Origin: Rhizaria sp. SCN 62-66
Lineage: Eukaryota
Assembly (NCBI GenBank): GCA_001724265.1
Contig: MEDY01000058.1
Span: 1 to 64,000, forward strand
Direction: 5' to 3'
DNA length: 64,000 nt
Shown here: positions 24,101 to 35,290 of the stretch, piece by piece
Layout: each line of letters starts with the position of its first letter
How positions within the stretch are numbered: the stretch's first letter is position 1
The notes under the pieces: model-generated
Seen by the model: the letters and a program-made list of their open reading frames with translations, nothing else
Databases searched by the model: none
What the model was told of the DNA's origin: nothing
Made by a program: the position numbers and the translations under genes

Positions 24101-27100
24101 CTTCATCGACGTCGCCGTCGACAACGCTAAGAGCACCGCAGGCGGCGGCGGCGGCGGCGGCGGGGCGGCAGGTGACGGCTCAGTGCTGTCTCTGCTCTCC
24201 GGCGGCGGGGGTGGCGGCTCGGGGGGCGCGGACAGCGGCGGCGGCCCCATCCCGCCCGAGCCCGCGGTGCCGCCACCGCGGCCGCACGTGTCGGACGTGT
24301 CAGCCGCGACCGGCGCGCTGGTGCTGCTGGAGCACCTGGACCGCGCGCCGCTGCTGTTAGCCAACCCCGGCATGGCGGCGAAGGCCGTGCTCTACTATGC
24401 CGACCCCTGCGCGGCCGCGGACCCCGCCGTCAAGGCGGCCGCAGCGGCCGCGGCGGGACTCAATCCGGGTACGCGTCAAGAAAAAGCACCTGAATACTGT
24501 TGACATGTATTGTTTGTTTGTTAACGTCTTTCATTAAATCGATCTGTCATTTTACATGCTTGCTTATTATTATGATGATTTGTATCAACATCTCATGACC
24601 TTGCCCTATCACGTCGTTTTGTACTAATCTGTCTGCTTTCCCAGGCGAGGCGACGCCGGTAGACCGTGTGCGCGCCACCGCGCCCCCGCGCGCGCTGGGC
24701 AAGCTGGACATCCTCACCGGCGCGAGCGCGGGCCCCGGCGGCGTGTCCCACGTCTGTCTCGACGAATACGTGCCCATGTGGGAGTCCGGTCTGGGCCGCG
24801 CGCCGCTGTCGCGAACGCCCACACCGCGCAGCTACCGCGACTTCCTCTTGGTGCGGCCCGCCGCGGCTGCTAGCCGCGTCGCCGCGGCCGTGCCCGCCGG
24901 CAGCGCCGCCGGGGTCTCGGCCGAGGTCCGTAAGGCGCGCCGCCTGCGCCGACTCGCGCGGGCCGAGGCGGCGCGCGCGGACGCGCGGAGCTACCCCATG
25001 TCAGGCGCGATGGCACAGCTCGTCGCGAGCGGCGGCGCGGCGGGTGTGGTGGCCGTGGTCAGCGGGCCGCAGATGGCGGGGATCGTCAAGGACGGATACC
25101 CCCTGTGGGCTGACGTGAGCTCGACCGACGAGGACGAGTACACGCCTAAACGCAACCACGCGAGTCTAGCCGCCGACGAGATCGAGGAGGAGGAGGGCGC
25201 CGACGGCGACGACGACGAGGACGACGAGGACGAGGACGAGTACGATGACGACGAGTACACAGGCCGCGACCCCTTCCGCGTGCGGCCCGCGGCCAACGAG
25301 CGCCGTGCACACCGCCGCCACCGCCGCCGCCGCCAGCGCGCGCGCCGCAACGGCAACGTGCGGCCCGCGTCCCGCGCTGCGGCGGCCGCGCCTTGGACGA
25401 TCCGCCTGCTCCCGGCCACCTACACGGTCGGGCAGCTGCAGCCGCTGGTGACGGTGCCGGTGCCGTACTCGGTCGACGCAGTGGAGTTACGCTCCCTCTA
25501 CTTGCGCTCGGTGCTGTCGCGCTGGTTTGCCACCAACTCGACGCTGCCCGGCACTGTGCTGGCGCGGTTGCTGGCGCGCAACGCGGAGGACGCCATCGCG
25601 CACCTCGTCGGCCGCGGGGAATACCAGGTACGCACAGAAAAAACGTGGGACACCGTTTAAAATGCTTCATATTTTGAGAAAAAAAAAAGCTGTTATCATG
25701 ACATGTATTACTTCCGAATGGCTGCTCAAAAACATTTCTGCCGAAATACTAAATTATGTCTTCTTTACCGTTTTTGTTTTCTTAACTCTACCGTTTTAGG
25801 GCGCCCGCATGGGCGGGGGCATCAAAGACCTGCAGGCGGCCCTGCGCGCCGCGTACGATCCGTACACGCCCGCGATGAGCCGCCGCGAAGCCGCGCACGT
25901 GGCCTCGATGACGGCCTCGCGACTGAACTTCGACCTGCACGGCGTGCGGCTCGAAGAGGACGCGCTGCGCGCCGGCTTCACGCCAGAGCAGGCGTGCGTC
26001 TGGGAGAGCCTCGAGGTCTCGCTGGACCGCGCCGGCGCCGCAGGGTTGGTGCGCAATGCCGCGCCCTATGACTACTCGCTGGAGCGCGCCCGCAACCTCA
26101 TCTCGCTGGCGGGCAATTTCGCGCCGCGCGCGCCGCGGCTCGCGCGCGCGCTGCGGTTCTTGGCCCGCGTGCTGCAAGCTTCGGCGTGGATGCAGACGGC
26201 GGCTTTCGACGCCGCGGTGCGCCACGGCCGCGTTGCGCTGAGCCCGCGCGCGTGGCCGCAGACCGTCGGGCCAGGAGTCTCGGTGGCTTACGTGCAGGAC
26301 GACTCGGGCCGCAACAGCCACCAAGGACAAGGCGGCCGCTCGCGCAAGAGCCGCGCCGTGCTAGTCGCGCCGCCGCCCGCCGCGCCGAGCGCCACCGACG
26401 CTGCGGGCAGCGAGGAGGCGCCGCCAGGCAGTCTGGCCGCGTTGGTCGCCACCGACAAGTACGCTACCAAACAAACGAAATAGCCTCGTTGTGAACAATA
26501 TACCTTGATATAACATGTATGCCAATTGTTTCATTTTCCTCAAGTACTTTATTTTCATGGTGTGTCTCACTTTAATCACTCATAACATGCCGCATTTTTC
26601 GATACACAAACAGGGCTGTTCTGGAGCGCCTCGCGGACCGCGACCTCCGCGACGTGCTGCTGCGCTCGGGCCATGGCGCGGCCGAGGTGTCGGCGATGTC
26701 CCGCGCGCAGCGCCTTGCCGCCGCGGCCCAGACGCGCCGCCTGGAGCGCGTCGTCGGCGTCGGCGCAGACCGGTCGGCCTTCGCCGTCGCCGCCGTCGCC
26801 GACGCCGCCGCTGTCGCGCTCGCAGCCAGCGCCAGCAGGGCCGCGGCCGCCGCGGTGCCTTCCGCCGCCGCAGCTGCGGCCGCAGCGGCAGCCTCGACGG
26901 CCGGCAGCGCCAAGGGCAGCACTAAGGGCGGCTCCAAGGGCGGCCGCAAGGGTTCTGCAGCCGCCGCCGCTGCCGCCGCCGCCGCCGCGGGGGGGGCGGG
27001 TGGGAAGAGCCTGCAGAGCTTCATCAACGAGGAGCTCGCTGCGCTGCCTGAGGTTAAGAAGCTGTTCGTCGCGCAGGTGAACGAGCTGTCGCGGCTGAGC

Positions 27101-29059
27101 CCACCGGATCCGACCGCCGTGGCCGGCGAGGACGAGAGGCTCGACGGCGACCTCGCCATTCCGGCGCCCGTCCCGCTCTACAACCCCGCTATCGCGAATG
27201 CCACCTCGGACGCGGTCAGTGCAAGCGTTGATGTTGTTTCTGCTGCTGGCGCTGCTGCCGAGGGCAACATGGTTGTCCCCGCGGGCGCCGCCTCGAGCGC
27301 CGCCTCGACCGCGGTGGCGATGGTGGCGACCCACGTTGTCAGCACGCCCCAGGCGCGGTGGTCACTCGACGCGCTGCCCGCGGCGCCGGTGACCACGTCG
27401 GTTCGGCACTACTCGACGCCGATCATGGCGCGCTGCCTGGACGTGACCACGGACGTAGTCGTGCGGCGCCGCGTGACGCGCTTCGCACCGGACGGCACCG
27501 CGACCGTGACAGTCGAGTACATCGTGTCGCCCGCGGACGTGGCCGACTTCCAGCAGGGCCGCATGCGCGGGATCGAGCCCCACGCGCACGTGCGCCGCAG
27601 CCTCGGCGGACCCGTCGAGGTCGCCAACCTCAAGGCCGCCGCGGCGGCCTCGGCCTCAGCCGACGCGGACAACGAGCCGCCGGCCGGCCGCGGAGGCCGC
27701 GGCGGCCGCGGCGGCCGCGGCGGCCGGGTCAAGGGCAACGTCCGCGGCGTGCGCGGCGGCAGCGCGGCTGCGGCGGCGGGCGCGGCGGGCCGGGCTCCGG
27801 GCGCCGCAGCGGGCTACGGCAACGGCGCAGGTGCGCTCATGGACGACGATGACGACGCGTTCTTCAGCGGCGACTCGACCAAGCAGCGGCGTGAGCGGGA
27901 GCGCAACCCGCTCCTGATGCTGCAGACGCTGCTCAACGACGCCGTCAAACACGTACAGGTACGTAATTCTTGCAGCGCATCTTCAATTTCATGTTTTTTG
28001 TGTTTTTTATCGTATTTTGCCAATGTAAAATTGCTCCTCACAATCTCAGACTCCCTCTGCTATGTGCACCTCGCCATACAGACGACCTGCGCGGTTGACG
28101 TGAGCTACACGACCCTGCCTAAGTCGGAGAAGGCGGCCCCGCGGTACCACGAGTTTGTCAAAGAGCCGATGGACGTGGCGCACCTGCAGCGTGTGGCCAC
28201 CGAGGCCACGGATCCGCCCCCCGCCTCCTTAGGCTTGGTCCACGAGACGCCCGCCGAGGCCGAGGCGCGCGCCGCGGCCGCGTTCTCTGCGTCGGCCAAG
28301 GTCTACTCGGTCGAGACCTTTATGGCTAAGGCGCAGCTGATGCGGTCCAACTCGGCGCTGTACAACGGCGCGCAGTCGCCCGTGACACAGGCCACAGAGC
28401 GGATCATCAAGGCCTTTGCCGACTACTTCGAGGCGCGCGCCAAGGACGTCGCGCGGTGCACCCAGAACCTCAACGCCGAGTGCGAGAAGCGGACGCTGCA
28501 CGCGCAGCTGGGCCGCATCGTCGAGGAGGTCCGCCGCGAAGACAAGCTGCGCATCTTCTACGACAAGCCCGACAAGAAGCACTTCCCGGACTACGAGAAG
28601 CGGATCGCGCGGCCGATGTCGCTCAACATGATCGCAGACCGGTGCTCGCATTGGACGCTGAGCTCGGCCGAGGAGATGCTCGAGCTCTTCGGCCTCATCC
28701 GCAACAACGCCGAGCAGTTCAACGGGCCCGCGCACGCAGTCACTGAAGCCGCGCAACACCTGCTCAACGTTGCGCGCGACAGGGTTGGCAAGCTGATGCC
28801 TAAGCTGCGCAACCTCGTGCTTGTCGCCGCCGCCGGCGAAGACGCCGCGGCCGGGGCAGGCGGCGCGCGAGGCGCCGGCTCGGGCCGCGGCGCGGGCGGG
28901 GCTAGGGGCCTGAAGCGCGCGGCGGACACTGGCGCCGCAGGGGTTGGCAAGAAGGCCAAGCAGACGCCCGCGGCGCTCGCGGCGGCTGCGGCGGCCGCGG
29001 CGACCGCGGCGGCGGCGGCGGCGGAGACGTCTGGCGAGGAGGAGGAAGAGCAATACTAA
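21183..29059 (+). CDS. TAF1: TFIID subunit 1 (DUF3591 core plus tandem bromodomains); exons 21183-24468, 24645-25627, 25800-26458, 26614-27958, 28082-29059
   Basis: TAF1-core motifs occur in order: WFKPDLSYDELLNWHRP, GALVLLEHLDRAPLLLANPGMA..YY, DFLLVR, YTVGQLQPLVTVPVP, TPEQAC, AWMQTAAF, LERLADRDLRDVL. Two bromodomains follow (PRYHEFVKEPMD..NSALYNG; FPDYEKRIARPMSL..NAEQFNG). All four GTACG..AG introns are phase-consistent. TAA stop. Confidence 0.88.
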
Positions 29060-29747
29060 ACGATATGAGTGAGACAAAGTGCTTCTTCAATTCAAGTGTA
29101 CTTACCGACATGCAACTCACCTAAGTGACACGTGAGTCTTTGTAAGGATTGTTTCAAATAATAACTAGTGTTTAAAATCAACTTAATACAAACAAGTCTC
29201 CTTTATTTAACATCCTATCCCTTTTGTGTCCAGGCAGCGACGCAGCTGCATCTGGTACGTAATCATGTTGCCATGTTTTCATTTGTGTTTTGTATTATTT
29301 TCAAATGTTTGAATTGTAGATTTACCACGAATCAATCTAAATGAAGACAGCAATGATAAAAAATAACTTTCTTTGTTATGTTATTAAGACATACATACTC
29401 TATGTTTACGCGTTGATTTCTATACGCGTTTTACTCTTAAAAAAACAACTCCCTCTCAGAACAAAGAACACACGACAAACGCAGACGCAAAAGACATAGC
29501 AGTAGCTCAAGAAGTCGATTGTGACGACGACAGTGATCGAGAAGAGATGCAACAACAATTGTCACACCAACACTTAGCGACCACTCTCTCTCACACACAC
29601 ACACACTCACTTCACGCTGCCAAGTTGTTTTGCGTTGGTTCTGCCTTTGCCTCAGCTTTTGCGCGTTTAACTGTGTTCTGTCTCACTTCACTTCACTGGG
29701 TCTTTCGTCAGCATGCAAGCGACTTCGCTGGGTGTTGAGCCGGGCGC

Positions 29748-30371
29748 TTAGCATGGGCAGCCACCAGCCTCCTCGTCCGCAGTCTTGATGTCGAGCGCGG
29801 GAGGAAACACGGTGGGCGTCTCGCTGGCCAGGTGCGCCTTGAGCAGCTTCTGCGCCAGGTCCGTGAAGAGCGGCTCGATGCCGCGGCCCGTCTTGGCCGA
29901 GGTCTGAAACAGCGTCGCGTTGTGCGTGGCCGCGAAGCGTTCCGCCTCCTCGGCCGGCACGCACGCCATCGAGGGGTCCTGCACCAGGTCCGACTTGTTG
30001 GCCGCGATCGAGAGGATAAAGTCGGGCGAGGCCTTGTTGTGGAGCTCGGCGACCCAGCCCGAGAGCTTCTCCATCGACGCGGGATCCGTCACGTCGTAGA
30101 CTAGGATGGCGCCGTGCGCGTTGCGGTAGTACATGGGCAGCATCGAGTGGAAGCGCTCCTGCCCCGCCGTGTCCCAGATCTGCAGCGACATGCGGTGCGT
30201 GGCGTCGACGTCGATCATCTTGTGGATGTATGCGGCGCCGATCGTGGTTGTGGTGTTGCCGGTGAAGTAGCCGCGCGAGTAGGTGTTGACAAGGCAAGTC
30301 TTGCCAACGCCTGTGTGGCCCAGGATCACGATCTTCTTCTCCACCACGCGGCGGCCTTCGTTGTTGTTCAT
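29748..30371 (-). CDS. Rab family small GTPase (Rab5/21/22-like endocytic clade)
   Basis: GHTGVGKT, TIGAAY, WDTAGQERFHS..PMYYRNA, NKSD, TSAK and a C-terminal CxC prenylation motif (CPC) directly before TAA. Intronless. Confidence 0.95.
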   Translation of the reverse strand: MNNNEGRRVVEKKIVILGHTGVGKTCLVNTYSRGYFTGNTTTTIGAAYIHKMIDVDATHRMSLQIWDTAGQERFHSMLPMYYRNAHGAILVYDVTDPASMEKLSGWVAELHNKASPDFILSIAANKSDLVQDPSMACVPAEEAERFAATHNATLFQTSAKTGRGIEPLFTDLAQKLLKAHLASETPTVFPPALDIKTADEEAGGCPC

Positions 30372-31838
30372 CGTGTGTGCGGTGCGGGGGACGGGTTAGA
30401 ACTCGAGCGCTCGGGAGGGTGTGGGGGCGGGAGCTAGGTACGCAGAGGAGAGGAAACGGCGGTGGCGGACGGCTTGTTTAACTTCACAACAGGAGTGTGT
30501 TGCTAAACAACAAGGGCTGTGGACGCGGGGTCTATGCGTATGAAAATGAAAACAAGTGAAAAACGAGTGTGAGAATGTGCTATATAATAGAATATGCTGG
30601 TGTTTTGAACGATGAAAGGTCTGGGGCGCGGCAGTGAATACAATAGGATTCGGTAGGAGACAAAGCGTCATTTTAAGAGGGGGCATGCAGGTGCACTAAA
30701 GGCGGCGAATTAGATGCAAAGACGGCATCCGGAAGATACGGCACCACGCTATCATGGAACAGTCTGAGTACTTGTAACAGGCCAGTGTGGTTATGCGTGA
30801 GATTAGGGCGCAGAGAGCGTGCAAAACTGCCCGTGACGGTGGGCGAAGGGTCGTTCACTTCTGGGGCAGACGAGATACCCGGCCGGAACGACGCGACAAA
30901 TGCACCACAACCGGGATCGACTCCGATCGCAAAACATGAAAAACTAAGCATCCAGCAGTGCCAATGGCCCAAATAGCTCACTAGAATATCAACCAAGGGG
31001 ACAGAAAGAACGCACCACGCCGCCTCAGTTTCCCCCTCGAAACCTACCACATGCAGCAACCGTCCCTCGACTCTCGTCGTCCTTCACGGTGACCGTGAGC
31101 CTGGTTGGCAATTCGTGGTGGCCCTCTCTCTCGTCTGCACTTGTCCCATCCACCTTGCCTGGATTGTGCGAAGCAACAGGTGATTCCGTGCGCATATATC
31201 GTCAGCAAGGCATCTGCGTATGATCTATGTCTGCAGAAGTGTGCGTTCTATCATAGGATTTTATTGTGAAAGCCTCAAGCGTTGCTTTTATAGGTGGAAT
31301 CCTTGGATTTCGCGTACTCGCTAAGGCTTTCGCGGCCGTTCTCGAGCCATTTTATCCAACCTTTTTAGTTGCGTCCATCTACATGGATTTAAGGCACAGC
31401 TGCGACGTCGTCATGTAAAGACTTCTCTGTTTGTCTATGTTTGAATCGCGGTGCTACTCGCTTGACCGCAGCTCGCTCTGTGCATGTCCAAAGCACTCCC
31501 TATGTCCAACCACTCGCTCACGTCAAAACTTCAACGAAACACGCTGAATATCATCAAAGGCGTTCTCCGTTTAGTTCACTCCCGTGACATCCCATCATCA
31601 CAGTATTACATCATCTAACAACACTTATTTTTTGTCTTTCTACTTTACATAGCAAGCAACAAAGCCACCCGCAACTCAAGTCTTGCGCGCGCCTTTATTT
31701 CCATCTCTCTCCTTTCCCGCCGCCGCCCCCTCGCGCCCACCCGCCCGCTCCCCCGCACTCCGCGTCCGCGCCGTCGTCGTTACGCCGCAGTCGTTGCCCG
31801 TGCCTGCGCCCCTTGCAGCAGCAACAGCAGTCTTCGTG

Positions 31839-33711
31839 ATGAGCAGCAGCGGCAGCAGTGACTCCGCCGCCTCGGCATCTGGCGCCGCCGGCTCCGCGTG
31901 TCTGATCCTGATCGAGCCCCCCGCCGATGGCTACACTGCCGATGAGCTCTACGAGCTCGGCGCGCCCCTCAAGGGCCTGCGCCCGTCTTTCCGCCTCCCG
32001 TCTTTCGCAGCGTCGTCGCAGCTGTTCACGATGGACATGCAGTTCTCGACCTCGACGACCGTACTGCCCGTATCGACCAACTACTACACAGTCAAGCGCT
32101 TCGAGCGGCCCCCGGCCGAGGGCGGGCGCGCCCACGGCGACCACCGCCACGGGCGCAGCGCGCACACGTCTTCGTACAGCGCGCGTTACAACGACGACGC
32201 CGACGTCGACTGGGAGGACGACGACGGGGGCGATCTCACGACCTTCTCGTTCGACTTGACTGCCAACAAGCTCGACCGCGAGGCCGACATGGCGATGCTG
32301 GCCAGGAACAACATCGCGTACCGCTCCGAGGAGGAGCTGGACTGCAAGCGCTACCAGAAGCTGGTCGAGATTGGCATCGGAGACACAGAGCACTTCAAGG
32401 CCAAGGCCGAGGAGGCTGAGGAGCACCGCCGCGCCGCCGCCGCCGCCGCTGCTGCTGCTGCCGCCGCCAAGAGGGGCGGCCGGGGCGGCGCGCGCGGCAG
32501 CGTCACTGGTGCCAACGACGATGACGACGCCGCTGCGGCCGCCGCCGCTGCGACTGGGAAGCTCGACGGGAACCCCGAGGGCGGCAGCGACGCCGCCAGC
32601 ACCGAGGCCGGGGCCGAGCCCGAGGCTGAGGCGGAGGTTAGTCTGCACGCGCTCTTCGGGGCCGGCGACGGCGACGCCTCCGCCGCGGCTCCCGCTCCCG
32701 CGCCCGCGCCCGCGCCGGCCGCAGCGCCAGTCAACAAGGTGAACCTGGTCAAGAAGCTGCAGCAGCAGGCGCAGCAGCAGCACCAGCAGCAGCACGGTGC
32801 TGCTCCCGGCATGCCCCCCGGCATGGGCGGCCTCCCCGGCGCCATGCCAGGCGCCATGCCAGGCGCCATGCCAGGCGCCATGCCCGGCGCCATGCCCGGT
32901 GCGATGCCCCCGATGGGGCCTATGGCAGGCATGCCTCTGACCGCCGCCGGCCCTGCCGCCTCCGCCGGCGCGGGCGTCGCCGCCCCTGCGCCCTCTGCGG
33001 CCGCGATCGCGGCCCTGAGCAACCTGTCCTTTTCGCGCAACGACATCAACCAGGCGCTGCTGACTGCGGACCCGGCGCAGTGTCCGCTGGACGGCAAGCT
33101 GGGGCTGTCGGGCATGGCGCCCGCGGCGCGCGCGGCCGTCGAGGCGCGCATGGCGGCCGGCGACGCGCGGTTGGTGCCCAAGGCGCTGGCCGACGAGTAC
33201 ACGGTGCGCAATCACATTGGCAAGCTGCTCAACGAGGCGCGCGCCAAGAACCGCGGGTTGCAGGCCGACCGCGACACGCTGCGGCTGCGTGCGCAGGCGC
33301 TGCAGCTGCAGATGCAGCAGCTCCAGCAGCAGCAGCAGCAGCAGGGCCAGCAGCAGCAGCTGCAACAGCAGGTCGAGGCGCTCAACGCCGCGATCAACAA
33401 GCTCCGCGAGGACGATCACGTACGTCCAGAAAGCAATATCTATTCCTGACGATGTGCGCATATTTTTGTGAATGATGCTAAATTACGCTCTCTATGAGTT
33501 CGAATCTGTTTTCTCAGAATCTCACACTTATTTTTCTATTCCTCGTTTTTCTGCCTTCCTTTTCTTTTTTTTACGTCCCGCAGGCTGTGCTGGGCGTGAT
33601 GCACGACACGATCGTTAAGGTCGAGGACTTCATCCCCAAGGCCGCGTTCAAGCTCGGCCAGGTGCTGCAGATGTACGCCAACGGCGGTGGCGACGACGCT
33701 GCCCAGCAGCA

Positions 33712-33749
<38 letters not shown>

Positions 33750-34207
33750 TCCAGCAGCAGCAGCTTCTCTTCCAGCAGCAACAGCAGCAGCTGATGTTCC
33801 AGCAGCACCAGATGGCCCAGGCCCAGGCCCAAGCCCAGGCGCAGGCGCAGGCGCAGGCGCAGGCTCAGGCCGAAGCTCTCGCGGCCGCCGGTGGCAAGCA
33901 GAGCTTCCCCGCCCTCCCTGGCAGCGGCAGCGGCGGCAGCGTCGGCGGCAACAGCGCCGGCGGCGGTGTTGGCCACGGCCTGACGCCGCAGCAGCAGCAA
34001 CAGCAGCAGCTGCTCCAGCAGCAGCGCATGCTCATGATGATGTCCGCCGCCGGCAACAACAACAACATCGGCAACGGCGGTGTGATGGGCGGTAACCCGA
34101 TGGCGCTGGGCGCCGGGATCGTCGACGGTCACGCCCACGGTCAGGGACCTATGCACATGGGCGTCGGCGGCTTGATGGGCGGACCCCACGGCAACAACAA
34201 CATCATC

Positions 34208-34239
<32 letters not shown>

Positions 34240-34522
34240 GCAGCAGATGCAGCAGCAGCAAATGCAGCGGATGCAGATGCTCGTGCACCTCGAGTTCCAG
34301 GCCCAGATCACTCAGCTGTACCAGCGTTTTCTCGTCTCGCACTGCGGCTTCGCGCCGCCCGCGGCCGCCGACGCCGCCGCAGCCGCCGCGGCCAACGGGG
34401 GCAAGCCGCCCGCGGGCGTGCCTCCTGTGCCCGAGGAGCTGTCGGCGCAGGCGCTGGCGCAGGCCCACCACCTCGTCAAGGCGCGCTTTGCAGGCGCCGG
34501 CGCGGGCGCGGGCGCACAGTAA
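31839..34522 (+). CDS. Gln/Gly/Met-rich protein of unknown function with a coiled-coil; exons 31839-33419, 33584-34522
   Basis: GC3-rich ORFs 31683..33449 and 33494..34522 are joined by a phase-0 intron gtacgt..cccgcag. First ATG at 31839. TAA stop. Confidence 0.75.
32838..32909 (+). repeat. 12-nt tandem repeat (GGCGCCATGCCN) x6 encoding (GAMP)6
   Basis: Directly visible. Confidence 0.9.
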
Positions 34523-35290
34523 GCGGCCAGACAACGTGCAGTAAGTGGCCAGCAAGCGTACAGCTAAGGCGTCAACGCTAGGAGAACTCGTGTTGTTGCC
34601 TTGCTGTGTTGCTGTGCTTCGTAATGTTTGATGTCGAGTAGCCTGATGTTTATTATTTTGGCTGAGTATATCAGGCGGATAATTTCGCATTATGAGCTGT
34701 ATTCGGCTTCGCATTTGCTTTTGTATCGTGCTTTCTTCGCGGCGTATGTTTTGTTTGTTAATATTTGTGTGTCGGAAAGAAGAAGAGAAGCGACTTTGCC
34801 ATTAATTTTCTGTTTGGTTTTTTTTTCTTTTATTGTATGCAAGAGCTAATTAAGACGCTCGAAGTAGAAAACTTACGTGTTCAACTATTCCACGGATACA
34901 AAATTCACCCATTTAGGTTTCTATATATATATACAATATATTGATATATCGAGCTACTTGTTGTTACTTTTGTCCACACGCATCGCCTTGTCACTCGGCT
35001 GCGAGTCGATCGGTCGGAGATCTGAGGATGATGACAGGCAAACCTCTCTAAGTTTTGCCTGACTCAGGTATCCGTCGTTGCTCGACATCTGTCAATATGA
35101 ATTACTCATTGTGGAGAATATCTCTGGTTTTAATTTTCGCTCCCTCAGTAGGAGCCCTTAACCGCGTGTATCCCGCCCCGCATCTCCCCTCGTCGAGTTG
35201 CGAGAGAGCCCTCTCAACCTTCCCCGCGCCACCCGCGCCCGCCCCCTCGCCCGTTCATTACCAGGCCCACGCGCAGGGACTCTGCACGCA

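Noticed and set aside
30673-31600. Short ORFs between Rab and the Q-rich gene
   Set aside because: No motifs or coding-like codon bias; treated as divergent promoter/intergenic DNA.
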